Positions 13,201 through 39,110 of a stretch of DNA of 64,000 nucleotides are shown here, in pieces (positions within the stretch are counted from its first letter, which is position 1; the number at the start of each line of letters is the position of its first letter). Source of the stretch: Macrostomum hystrix (Eukaryota > Animalia > Platyhelminthes). The position numbers were made by a program, and so were the translations under genes. The notes beneath the pieces were generated by a model. That model saw nothing but the letters and a program-made list of their open reading frames with translations. It was not told the DNA's origin and made no database searches. The stretch covers positions 1,674,001 to 1,738,000 of the forward strand of contig CATNEN010000037.1 of assembly GCA_950097015.1 (NCBI GenBank), written 5' to 3'.

Positions 13201-16200
13201 CTCTGCTGCTGGGGAGACTTCTGTCTGCTTAGGTTGTCACCCCGGAGCGATTTATTAATAAATAAAATTTATTGATTGGATTATTTGCGTCATTTGGACG
13301 TAACTTACTAAATCAATGGATGATATGCACCCCAAAATTCTGATTGTGCTACCTCGGAGGGGCTAGAATTGCCCGTTTAAACTAAGAAGGAATTATTTGA
13401 TTTACTAAACATTTACCGAGCCTTGATTTTCCCACCCAGCCGGCGAAGGGGACAGCTGCTGCGCTCTCAAGTGCGAACGATTTTCGGTGGCAACTGGAAC
13501 TCTCGAATTTGTTGGCTGATGCGGCGACGCTGGTTGCCTAGCAACCACTGAAGCCGGCACAGGTGCCGGCGGCCGAATCCCGGACGGTCGACGAGGCGCA
13601 ACCACCGGCGGATGCGACTTGTTCGTCGACAATTTTCTTATTTCGCTAGACGATACACCGACATCACCGACGACTGATGTTGTGGAAGACGAGGTCGACG
13701 TTCCGGACGACGACGAATCGTCAAGCAGAGCCGAAGCGTCTTCATTCAACAGGACGCCGCGATCGCTCTCGTCGACATTGTCGATGGTTGTTGGCGTTGG
13801 CAAAGTGTCGAACTGACGCAATTACGATCGTACGAAAAGTTTATTTTTTCTTTTAACATCTGTGTACTTTTAAGAGAGCGGTACTCAACTAAGCTAATAA
13901 TGAGTCTTTGTGCATTCGGCGAGGAAGAAATTAAATTATTGACAAGGAAAACTATTTAGGAATATCACAACAGTAAGGTTAAACAAACGCTTTTTATAAA
14001 ATCTGAATATAGAAAGACAACGAAGCTTAAGGCTACTGAAACAGAATACTGTGATTGCCTACATTTAAGCTAACTTAACAATATACGAGTGCTTGAACTG
14101 CGGGCATAATAGATCTAGGTCAGCTCACCTGAAAAATTTCCCGACCCGATTTCGGTGTCCGCACGGCCGACCGAGGAGCGCTGTAGCGTAAATTGGAAGA
14201 GTTGTCACAGGAAACAAGTAGTAGTATTAGTCAGTAGTATTAGTAGTAGTAGTAGTAGGTATCGGTAATAAGAGTAGTAAAAACTAATAATTAAATAGAG
14301 CTGCCCAGTCTATGGACTGAAGTCTAAACACTAAACATGAACAACAGTTTTATCACCACACGAGAATCACCGAGTTTCGTGTCGTGAAAGTCCACTATAT
14401 GGATAAAAAATTTTCTGCCCTTTACAATGAACTGACTTTCAAAGTCCTAATTCAGGTGCTATTTACCAGGTGTAATAACAAAAGCAATGAAGTGACTTGA
14501 AAAAGTGGAATTAGGAATCGAACCACCGACCCTTTAAGTCGTGAGTCTGACGCTCTAACCGCTAGGCTAAAACCCCCTTAATTAGTAATCGTATTGTAAG
14601 CAGTAGTTATATTAGTAATGATAGTACTAGTGGTAGTACTAGTAGCAGTGGTACTAGTTGAATTAGTAGTAGAGTAAAGGCTAAAATGTAAAACTCACCC
14701 TGCAGCGAATGCATAATGAGAAATATGGAAATTATTATCTGAGTAAAACTAGATTATTGATTAATTTAGCGATAAAGTAGGAGAATTTTTTTGTTATTTC
14801 GTAATAGAAATGGAGAGAAATTAAGAAAGTAGAAAATGTTACCAGTCAAAATTGAACTGAAAACTTCTAAAGTAACACAAAAATCAGAATTTCCCCCACC
14901 TGTCAGCAGGAGTCGAGGCGGTCTTGCCGGTGAGCAATGGCGGTTGCGGCTGCGGCTGCTCCGAATCGCTTTCCCCGCTTCCACTGCCGCTGCTACTGCT
15001 GCTGCTGCTGCTGTTGCTGCGTCTGCTGCTACTGCTGCTGCTGCGTCTGCTAACAGCGCTGCTGTTTTTTGCATTCTCTTTGCGCGTTGCACTGCAGGAA
15101 ATGGGGACAAAATGGTTGCCAATGTAAAGAAAATGGTCTTAAATAAGTTTTAAATTACAAATACTTGTAAGCACACTCAAACTTACACCTCAAAAATGCT
15201 TCATTGTGCACCACAAAATCACCTTAAATTTACACCCGAAATTATCCTACATACGCTCGTATAAGAGGTTGTAGCCTAGGTCGGGGGTTCGATTCCTGAC
15301 TCCACTGGAACAATTTGTGTCCTTTAGCAAGACACTGCATTGTTTCAGTTCACCTAGCTGGTAAATGGGTACCAGCATTAGCTGGGGTAATTCAGGGTGG
15401 GTGTGGCGTCCCCCAGTCCATGGACTGAACAGCCGTACGCAGCCTTCAGATGCAATAGCTGCGGCTGTGCTGTCGGCTGCACGTCTGGCCCAATTAGGGC
15501 AGGTGTAATCAATTAGTAAACTTTTATCCTAAATGAACACCCGAAATCACCCTAAATGTACATCCGAAATCACCCTAAATGTACATCCGAAATCACCCTA
15601 AATGTACATCTGAAATCACCCTAAATGTACATCCGAAATCACCCTAAATGTACATCCGAAATCACTCAAATGTACATCCGAAATCACTCAAATGTACATC
15701 CGAAATCACTCAAATGTACATCCGAAATCACTCAAATGTACATCCGAAATCACCCTAAATGTATATCCGAAATCGCCCCACATGTACCCTCCAAATCACT
15801 ATCAATGTACACCCGAAATTACCCTATCCTAATGCAGTGAAGAAAGTGACCTTATCAGTGAGCAAACAATAATTTTATTCCTCACCTCTTGGTGCCAGCC
15901 ACAAGCGGCACCGAATCGTCTCGGCTTGACCTCTGAGCAGTTCGCGGCTTCCGACGCCCAGACAGTTCCAATGTGGCTGGCTCATTGGCTGTGGGTTCTA
16001 AAACAAATGACGGGTCTAGCACAGTTGCACATGACAAAACTGTCAATTAATAGATGCCAGGCCTCACTCACTAACTAGAGCTAAATGCTCACCTAGAGGC
16101 AAGGGTGAAACCATAGCCGTTGTTTGTATTCGTTGCTGCTGCTGCTGTTGCTGATTATAGGCTAACACACCCGCTCTAGCCGATGGAGGCGGTTGCCTTT

Positions 16201-19200
16201 GAGTGCGGGGTATTTGTAATATCGTACAGTCAATTGAAAAAAGGCGACAAGGCACAACCCATATTGGCCAATAAGAACCAAAACGTGGCTTTCCAACTCG
16301 GTATCTAAACCTATCGCAGTTGTAGCGATGCCAAATAGCGCAGATGCTGTTTTAATGTCCCATTTTAATTGAACAGCACAAACGAGAATTTAATTACCAA
16401 GAAAAGCTGTTAACTACTTACTCGAAGCGAAAAATGTTTCGCTTTTGACTGACAAGTTTACTGAAATACAATGCGCTTTTTTATTTTCATTTTGTCTATG
16501 GTCCAAGGTAGTCTAAATTATACGCTCGTAGAATAGGTAGTAAATTTATCCCGTTTTAGAAATATCTTACCAAAGACTATACTAGTGCCAACCTACTTAT
16601 GCGTACATCCCTAGCGACCACTCGAATAAATGTACACCTGAACAAACATCAAAAGTACAATCCAAGAAACTTCCAATGTACACCCGAAGGAACCTAAAAT
16701 GTGCGCCCAAAATTTTTTTTAAATTCACACTTAAATAAATCTTAAATTTGCACAAGAATAAATATTTTATAAACACCACAAAAATCTATCATTTACTGCC
16801 GAAAAACCTGAAATAGGACTTAAGAATAGAATGGGCAATTAGAATAGGATAGACAGGCGAGAAAGTAAAAAAGAATATAAAATATACGACCTTTCCTCGC
16901 TGGAATGATTCTTATCAGATTATTTTCAAGCTGTTGGACTTTCTAATTACAAATATTTCATTTTTAAGGTCGGCAGATAAATTTATAGTTTAGCAGATAG
17001 ATTGGTAGATGGATTAAATGTAAATCTAGATAATTAGTTTAGCAGATAACTTAGTAGATTGGCATTGGCAAATAGATTTGTAGATAAGCAGATATATTTG
17101 TAGAGTTGGCTGATAGATTTATAGAAATGGCAGATGAATTTTTTTAATTCGCAGATAGGCTTGTTGATCAGCAGACAAAGTAGTAGATTGGCAGATGTAT
17201 TTGTACAATGGCAGATAGATTAGTAAATTATCAGATAGATGTATAGATAAAAGCATAGATTGGTAGAATGACTGGTATATTTGTAGCTCGGCAGATAGAT
17301 TAGCAGATTGGCAGATGGATTTATGTATTAACAGATGGATTAAAAGAGTGGCAGATAGATTTGTAGATTGGCAGATAGATTAGTAAAATGGCAGATAGGT
17401 TAGTAGAATGGCAGATAGATTAGTAGAATGGCAGATAGATTAGTAGAATGGCAGATAGATTTGTAGATTGGCAGATAGATAAGTAAAATTGCAGATAGGT
17501 TAGTAGAATGGCAGATAGATTAGTAGAATGGCAGATAGATTTGTAGATTGGCAGATAGATTAGTAAAATGGCAGATAGGTTAGTAGAATGGCAGATAGAT
17601 TAGTAGAATGGCAGATAGATTAGTAGAATGGCAGATAGATTAGTAGAATGGCAGATAGATTAGTAGAATGGCAGATAGATTAGTAGAATGGCAGATAGAT
17701 TAGTAGAATGGCAGATAGATTGGTAGATTGGCAGATAGATTAGTAGAATGGCAGATAGATTAGTAGAATGGCAGATAGGTTAGTAGAATGGCAGATAGAT
17801 TGGTAGATTGGCAGATAGATTGGTAGAATGACAGATGGTTACAATACAGTTTAAACAGCAACTCTTACCCATCCTCCACAGCCTTAACCCGCTCCAGCGT
17901 GGCCATCTTGGCCTCCTGCCTCTCCTGCTCCCTGGCGAAGCGTCTCTCAGCGTCGGCCCTGGCGAAGCTGGGCCTGGCGCTGTGCCGGGTGGACGGGCGA
18001 CGCTCGAAGCGGGCGGAGCGGCGCTGGCTGGTGCCGAACTGTCGCTCGCGAACCAGGCCGGACTCGGTGCGGAAGCTGTGGTAGAATCTGGACCGCATTC
18101 TTAGCAGCTGCTTGGCTTTGGTTGGCGGGCCGCGAGTTTCAACTAGGCGAAAGAATGAATGATGCTCAACTGCGCAGCGCCACAGGTGCTTGCAGGACTG
18201 AGTGTCAGCCAGGTTGAATACGAACACATGGTCCTGCTGGGCGCCCTGGGATGCCGAAGGCGAATAAAAGCCAGGGCTCAACTTATGTAAAAAACGATCG
18301 AATGGGGTTTTGGTTAAACAGTATTACAGTCAGGGCAGTCAAGGGAGGCAGGGGAGTCAGGTGAGGCAGGGGAGTCAGGTGAGGCAGGGGAGTCAGGCGA
18401 GGCAGGGGAGTCAGGGGAGGCAGGGGAGTCAGGGGAGGCAGGGGAGTCAAGGGAGGCAGGGAGTCAGGGGAGGCAGGGAGGCAGGGGGAGTCAGGGGAGT
18501 CGGTAGGTGAAGGCCATTATTAATCAGCAATGCTGGTAAATAGCTATTATACGAGCTAAAAATGCAAATTATCCCAAAGACAACAAAGCAACAAACCTGA
18601 TTGTCATCCTCAGTAACCACTATTTTTAGCTTGCTCTTGTTGAATTCTATTTTAATAATTCGCGGCCTAAAAAGTATTCGGGAACAGTGATTAGTAAGCG
18701 ACGCAAAAGTAATGGAGAATATTATTATAATGGATTGGACATAAAAGTGCATTCTTATTCTAGCTCACCAGAAGAATAAGCCAATCTTTTCGTCTCGATC
18801 ATAAACTAGAATACCAGTAGGTGTGAGGCCAAGGTGATAGGTGCGACCGTCCTTGCCCTGCACAATATAATCAATAGTATAGAGAATACAATTAGATATC
18901 ATTAACAAACAAAAAGATTGTTGTTAGCAACCGGCAAACAAATATCTAAGCAAAATATTCAGCCTGTATGCCCCTTGCTGGCCACCAAGCTTCAGTAATT
19001 TTTGCGCGCGATCCTAAATTAGAACTTGGCTAACAATTTAGAGTGATTTTAATTAGGAGACACTGTGTCGCAGATAAGATTTGGCGCAAAATAAATTTAG
19101 GGCAGTGTGACAGCTCTGAAAGAGTCAGACACACCAGGTGGAGAAGTACAAGATAAGTCAGCGATTAGAAGCCTCAAACAGAATGCGGCCACTTTTTTAC

Positions 19201-22200
19201 AGAAGAGAATTGCGAGGAATAAAAATTATAATCTTGGTATTTTATCCTTGACTCACTGACTCATTCGTTGACTCACTGGCTCATTCGTTGACTCGCTGAC
19301 TCATACGTTGACTCGTTGAGTCATACGTTGACTCACTGACTCATTCGTTGACTCGCTGACTCATTCGTTGACTCACTGACTCATTCGTTGACTCACTGAC
19401 TCATTCGTTGACTCACTGACTCATTCGTTGACACACTTACTCATTTGTTGACTCACTGACTCATTCGTTGACTCACTGACTCATTCGTTGACTCACTGAC
19501 TCATTCGTTGACACACTTACTCATTTGTTGTGTCAATTACACATTAGTTGACTCACTGACTCATTTGTTGACACACTGACTCATTTGTTGACACACTGAC
19601 TCATTTGTTGTGTCAATTACACATTAGTTGACACACTGACTCATTTGTTGTGTCAATTACACATTAGTTGACTCACTGACTCATTTGTTGACACACTGAC
19701 TCATTTGTTGTGTCAATTACACATTAGTTGACTCACTGACTCATTTGTTGACACACTGACTCATTTGTTGTGTCAATTACACATTAGTTGACACACTGAC
19801 TCATTTTTTGTGTCAATTACACATTAGTTGACACACTGACTCATTTGTTGTGTCAATTACACATTAGTTGACTCACTGACTCATTTGTTGACACACTGAC
19901 TCATTTGTTGTGTCAATTACACATTAGTTGACTCACTGACTCATTTGTTGACACACTGACTCATTTGTTGACACACTGACTCATTTGTTGACACACTGAC
20001 TCATTAGTTGACTCACTGACTCATTTGTTGTGTTAATTACACATTAGTTGACTCACTGACTCATTTGTTGTGTCAATTACACATTATTTGACTCACTGAC
20101 TCATTCGTTGACCCCCTGACTCACGAATGACTGATTTATAGACTCACTGATTCAAAATCTAGGTTAGTGACTGCCTCATCGGCCAATTTCCATTGAAACA
20201 GGTGAAATATTACTATTATAAAAACAAACAATTCACAATAAAGCATAACTCACCGAGACCGTGTGCATATCAACTCCATAGTTTTCAAGATTTTTCACCT
20301 TGCTTAAGTACATTCTTTCGCACAGGGCCGGCGCTAAGTTGCGATTCCTAGAAAATTTGTTTAAAAAATAATGCTAGCCCAATAAATCCGGAAAATTGTC
20401 CGCTTGAAATGGAGATAACTTGTAAGATTTAAGCCGTCACTTACGCCAATTTTCTGTACTCGTCAAGCACTCGCAGTTCAAAGGCCTCAGTCTGCTGCCT
20501 TTCTGGCAGAAATTTAAATTGCGACACAAAACTGGCGGCGTGCCTGGCGGGGTCGAAGTCGTCCTCTTCGGCTGGAAAAAAATGAGGCCACTGACTCAAT
20601 CAGTATGACTAAACTGACTCACAAAGTATGACTAAACGGACTCAACCAGCATGACTCAACTGACTCACACAGCATGACTAAACGGACTCAACCAGCATGA
20701 CTCAACTGACTCACACAGCATGACTAAACGGACTCAACCAGCATGACTCAACTGACTCACACAGCATGACGAAACGGACTCAACCAGCATGACTCAACTG
20801 ACTCACCCAGCATGACTAAACTGACTCACCCAGCATGACTCAACTGACTCACCCAGCATGACTCAACTGACTCACCCAGCATGACTCAACTGACTCACCC
20901 AGCATGACTCAACTGACTCACAAAGTATGACTAAACGGACTCAACCAGCATGACTCAACTGACACACCCAGCATGACTAAACGGACTTAACCAGCATGAC
21001 TCAACTGACTCACCCAGCATGACTCAACTGACTCACAAAGTATGACTAAACGGACTCAACCAGCATGACTCAACTGACACACACAGCATGACTCAACTGA
21101 CTCACCCAGCATGACTCAACTGACTCACCCAGCATGACCCAACTGACTCACCCAGAATGACCCAACTGACTCACCCAGTGTGACCCAACTGACTCACCCA
21201 GCATGACCCAACTGACTCACCCAGTGTGACCCAACTGACTCACCCAGCATGACCCAACTGACTCATCCAGTGTGACCCAATCCACTCACCTTGTATGATC
21301 AAAGCCGCCAGCTCCGCCGCTTTGGCCTCGTCTCGGCAGGGCAGTCGGCCATCTCGAATGTCTGAGCGCAGTTGCAGCACAAACAGGTAGCTGAAGAATT
21401 CAGTTAGGTTACATTAGATCAAGCTTTGCCCTGTCTATGTACCCGTGCATCCATTAACTTCATGTACTTTAAAACATCCGTGAAAGTATTCTATACCCAA
21501 TACCCTAGTCGTATTAAAAGCGGACATTCGCATTACACTTGCAATCAATAAAACGGACACGGTGTCAATTTCGTTATAGTTTTATGCGCAATTACTGCCA
21601 TAGCGATACAGTAAATGGGCCCCCTCACCGTGTTAGCTCCTCCTTCAGATAATTGTCCGGCTCGCTAGAGTAGAATTTCACACTAAAGTGAAATGTGAAC
21701 GGCGGACCAGCTACAATGGCGCGTTGAAACAACATGATTATAACAAACAAATATTAAATTAGACACAGGTACGATATGCATTTTATTAGTCTGCATAATT
21801 TCCTCGTAGCTGTCTGAATGCATCACAATTTTGCTTAGAATATATTTGACTAATTGACACCTGTCTCTGTTCCCCTAACCACCTGTCTCTGTTCCCCTAA
21901 CCACCTGTCTCTCTTCCCCTAACCACCTGTCTCTCTTCCCCTAACCACCTGTCTCGCTTCCCTTAACCACCTGTCTCTCTTCCCCTAACCACCTGTCTCT
22001 CTTCCCCTAACCACCTGTCTCTCTTCCCCTAACCACCTGTCTCTCTTCCCCTAACCACCTGTCTCTCTTCCCCTAACCACCTGTCTCTCTTCCCCTAACC
22101 ACCTGTCTCTCTTCCCCTAACCACCTGTCTCGCTTCCCCTAACCACCTGTCTCTCTTCCCCTAACCACCTGTCTCTCTTCCTCTTACCACCTGTCTCTCT

Positions 22201-24096
22201 TCCCCTAACCACCTGTCTCTCTTCCCCTAACCACCTGTCTCTCTTCCCTTAACCACCTGTCTCTCTTCCCCTAAGCACCTGTCTCTCTTCCCCTAACCAC
22301 CTGTCTCTCTTCCCTTAACCACCTGTCTCTCTTCCCCTAACCACCTGTCTCGCTTCCCCTAACCACCTGTCTCTCTTCCCCTAACCACCTGTCTCTCTTC
22401 CTCTTACCACCTGTCTCTCTTCCCCTAACCACCTGTCTCTCTTCCCCTAACCACCTGTCTCTCTTCCCCTAACCACCTGTCTCTCTTCCCCTAACCACCT
22501 GTCTCTCTTCCCCTAAGCACCTGTCTCTCTTCCCCTAACCACCTGTCTCACTTCCCTTAACCACCTGTCTCTCTTCCCCTAACCACCTGTCTCGCTTCCC
22601 CTAACCACCTGTCTCGCTTCCCCTAACCACCTGTCTCGCTTCCCCTTACCACCTGTCTCGCTTCCCCTAACCACCTGTCTCTCTTCCCTTAACCACCTGT
22701 CTCTCTTCCCCTAACCACCTGTCTCTCTTCCCCTAACCACCTGTCTCGCTTCCCCTAACCACCTGTCGCTCTTCCCTTAACCACCTGTCTCTCTTCCCTT
22801 AACCACCTGTCTCTCTTCCCTTAACCACCTGTCTCTCTTCCCCTAACCACCTGTCTCGCTTCCCTTAACCACCTGTCTTTCTTCCCCTAACCACCTGTCT
22901 CTCTTCCCCTAACCACCTGTCTCTCTTCCCCTACCTGTCTCTCTTCCCCTACCTGTCTCTCTTCCCCTAACCACCTGTCTCTCTTCCCCTAACCACCTGT
23001 CTCTCTTCCCTTAACCACCTGTCTCTCTTCCTCTAACCACCTGTCTCTCTTCCCCTAACCACCTGTCTCTCTTCCCCTACCTGTCTCTCTTCCCCTACCT
23101 GTCTCTCTTCCCCTACATGCCTCTCTTACCCGACCTGTCTCTCTTTCCCTACCTATCTCTTCCCCCACCTGTCTCTTCCCCTAGACACAGGTAATTCAAA
23201 GCTGCAACTCACGCATTCGTGCTTTAATCTGTCTTCGCAGCTCCTTAGTGGGATCCAGCCAGTGTCGAATGCCATGAAAGTCTGTGAATTGCAGTGCAAA
23301 ATAGTCGTGCTCGCATTGAAAGTCTAATTCTTTGTAGACCCGCTCATATAGCTCGCGGCCAAGGCAGGTTTTCTGGTTAAAAAAAATGAGTAAAAAGCTG
23401 CAGCAACAACACCTTCTAGCATTTTATTGTCTGCCAATAATTAGTAAAAACAATAATGAAATATACTTTAATACTTTGTCAAAAACATTAAGTAAAGTCA
23501 CTCTTACTTTTTAAATACTTTTGTTGTGATAGGCCTAATATGTAATATTCTACTTGTATCCATCCATATCAATATAAATATACATAAACAAAACCATGAT
23601 GTCTAAAAATACAGGAACCAAATTTATAAGAAATATACAAATAAAAGCAAAACAACAGAAAAACTTATGTTAAAAAGCATGGTTATAAATAGATTTTATT
23701 GAGTTAATTATAAATGATACATATATTTATGTATCTTTATCTATATATACATTTATCTATATAATTGTTAATATTCATTCTTTACTTCATTGGCTGAATT
23801 AATTTCTAGGAAAATACTATCTAAGCCTAGCAAATGAGACAAAAGGATTTAGCAAAATGGTATATTCATGTAGCAACTACTTAAAAACTAGTGTACTTGA
23901 AGGCCTTCTTTCTTTTGTATTCTAATTTCCTGCACAGTTTTTCTAATCAAAGCACTTTTGAAGTCGAAAAAATATTAGAAAAGCTAGACTTTGAAAAATC
24001 TAATAACAGCTGCCAATTTTGACTCCAACCAGCAAACTAAAACTTAAAAAATGTACTTACAGGCAAGTATATCGTTGTCTTCTGATCATTAAGACA
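10212..24096 (-). CDS. yrt: FERM + FERM-adjacent domain protein of the Yurt/EPB41L5 (moe) subfamily; at least 15 coding exons, first exon(s) not resolved
   Basis: Exons 24061-24096, 23213-23372, 21629-21710, 21290-21390, 20445-20571, 20254-20347, 18769-18857, 18597-18666, 17869-18245, 16093-16196, 15886-15997, 14900-15091, 14129-14180, 13417-13812, 10212-10427; all GT-AG and phase-compatible. Peptides [99 protein letters not shown] and [16 protein letters not shown] match EPB41L5/Yurt. The tail is low-complexity and ends LSTIL* (class I PDZ-binding-like). Confidence 0.88.
10600..10670 (-). mobile_element. tRNA-like SINE head (family 1), not a functional tRNA
   Basis: Reverse strand TAGCCTATATGG...AAGGTCGGGGGTTCGATTCCCTACTCCA; B box identical to family 1, no intact cloverleaf. 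Confidence 0.6.
10975..11125 (+). mobile_element. Degenerate SINE related to family 1
   Basis: B-box-like GAGTTCGAGTC, AAAATGGGTACCAG and CCCCAGTCCACGGACCGAA occur in the same order as in family 1. Confidence 0.55.
11388..13212. repeat. Minisatellite, about 25-bp unit G(5-7)ACATTGGTTCTCTGCTGC(A/TT) (last FERM-gene intron)
   Basis: Tandem copies with variable G-run length. Confidence 0.96.
14420..14570 (-). mobile_element. tRNA-like SINE head plus degenerate body (family 1-related)
   Basis: Reverse strand TAGCCTAGCGGTTAGAGCG...GGTCGGTGGTTCGATTCCT: A and B boxes present, anticodon stem does not pair. Confidence 0.6.
15272..15516 (+). mobile_element. SINE family 1 copy with a deletion in the tRNA head
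   Basis: Collinear with the reverse complement of 26605-26888: GGTTCGATTCC, GTGTCCTTTAGCAAGACACT, AAATGGGTACCAGCATTAGCT, CAGTCCATGGACTGAACAGCCGTACGCAG, GGCAGGTGTAATCAATTA. Confidence 0.85.
15540..15815. repeat. Minisatellite, 22/24-bp unit AAATGTACATCCGAAATCAC(CCTA/TC)
   Basis: Tandem copies; a degenerate relative lies near 16630-16710. Confidence 0.9.
16995..17835. repeat. Minisatellite, 20-bp unit GATTAGTAGAATGGCAGATA, degenerate towards the left
   Basis: Homogeneous at 17340-17835, decayed copies at 16995-17340. Confidence 0.92.
18325..18502. repeat. Minisatellite, 18-bp unit GAGGCAGGGGAGTCAGG(T/G)
   Basis: Tandem copies inside a 350-bp intron. Confidence 0.9.
19248..20150. repeat. Minisatellite, 20-bp unit ACTCACTGACTCATT(C/T)GTTG interleaved with TGTCAATTACACATTAGTTG
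   Basis: Tandem copies; TGACTCA in nearly every main unit. Confidence 0.95.
20590..21285. repeat. Minisatellite, 23-bp unit ACTGACTCACCCAGCATGACTCA, filling almost the whole intron
   Basis: Tandem copies running from the donor to within about 20 nt of the acceptor. Confidence 0.95.
21858..23183. repeat. Minisatellite, 22-bp pyrimidine-rich unit CACCTGTCTCTCTTCCCCTAAC
   Basis: About 60 tandem copies read directly. Confidence 0.96.
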
Positions 24097-25695
24097 CTGA
24101 ACAATACAATAAATTCCACTCTTTTTTAGGTTCGTCGAATCAGGTGACTTGCGTAACCCAAAAATTCTGCGTAGCGTATTCATACCTACTTTGGATACTT
24201 TCAAAGAATGGATTTAACGTGAAAAGTATATTTTTCAGCGTCACCAACAGTTGAATTGAGCTTTGGATCAAATCATTTTATAAGAGACCAGCGAGGCTAG
24301 CGCTTTAGGGCTCAAAATGTGATTTTCAGATTTTAACATGAACCACGTTGAACACTTACTGTTAAATCAGAACAAACAAACTGTAAATTATTCACACTGC
24401 TTCCAGGGGAGTTAAATACGCGCGAAGTTTTGTAAGAACTGTGAATTCATTTCTTCCCAATTTATAGATCTGAAACTGTCAGAAAATGATATGCTCTAAG
24501 GTTAGCACAAAAGTACTATTAAAAGTACATACTTAAAGTGTGGATCGTTTCTTGTTTTAATACGAAGCCTCAGTTTAATTATCGCGAACAAGTCGTAAAC
24601 TTACAAATTGAAAACAGTGACCACTAGAAGAAGACGGTTAACTTCTGACATCTACTTCTAAAGGTCCTTGATTGTAAATCTATGGAATATCCTTCGCTAT
24701 GGTCTACAAAGACGATGTGAATATCACAAAAATTACTACCCGTGATACATAGCTAGAATTTTTGGCTTCAGCAAAATTTTTGATGGATTCGGTAGTTTAT
24801 TGATAGATTTGTTGTATTTTTTGTACAAATGCGTGAAAAAAAACACATGGACGACGCTAAATCATAACACACGCTATATTAGTATGAATAGCTTTATAAC
24901 CGCGCGTCTTAAGTGAAAATTGTACGCGTGTAATGTCGTGTACTTCTTCAGCTTCGTAAAACCAAAACACGTAAATGTACGCAACAGTTACACGCGTTTT
25001 ACGCACACGGGACAGCATAGGAATAATCCGCGGAAGTACATTCGTGAGTATTATTTTTTATATTTTTCCTTTCAGTAATAATTAATTATCACAAGAATTT
25101 ATCATGTTAAATGTGCACTGAAAATTTACAAGATCTGGTTAAGTTTGCCCCTTCGATTCTTTCCATCGGACACACCCTTCTAACTTCTGTTATTGAAGGT
25201 ATATAAGACTGAATGTTAATAGGAATGAGTTTCGTACTGGTAAAACGCGCATATTGTCCGATTTTTTGCGTTATAAAATCTTGATGCAAGGGCGAAAATA
25301 GAAGTCAACTAGCTTTTTCGTCAATAATAGCCTTTATCGGAAAAAAGTGCCACGATCTCTAAATATGAGGTAAGTGTTTGGTGTAAACGATGATATTTAA
25401 ACTACGAGCGTATTAGGATTTAGGATTTTCCTAACAGACGCATAAAAAATAGACAAGCAATATAGTTATTCGATTACCGTGCAGTAAGTAGAATAGATTC
25501 GAAAGCAAACAGTTGAATGCTAACAAAAATGTTAAAAGTTATAGAGGTTAGCTTTGAATTCTGAGGTTCTAATTGAGTAATACGGTATCGTGCTTTTTAT
25601 TGTCTGCGTTGAGCTCAAAATAATGAAATTTTAGAATAGCAGTCTGGCACCTATTTCTACCAAAAATGGAGTTAACATCAGTTTCATATGCTGGC

Positions 25696-39110
<13,415 letters not shown>

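Noticed and set aside
11290-13275. Many overlapping ORFs (PPAAENQC.., GGHWFSAA..)
   Set aside because: Products of the 25-bp intronic minisatellite.
14500-14570. tRNA gene candidates (also 10600-10670, 26820-26888, 49538-49605)
   Set aside because: A and B boxes are present, but the anticodon and acceptor stems do not pair and the sequences continue into SINE bodies.
14836-15153. Poly-Ala ORFs on both strands
   Set aside because: Alternative frames of the (GCT/AGC)n poly-Ser exon 14900-15091 of the FERM gene.
24360-24720. Candidate first exons of the FERM gene (21-nt piece at 24360-24380; exon-like segment 24604-24700)
   Set aside because: I could not find an ATG-containing, phase-0-compatible combination, so the 5' end is left unresolved.
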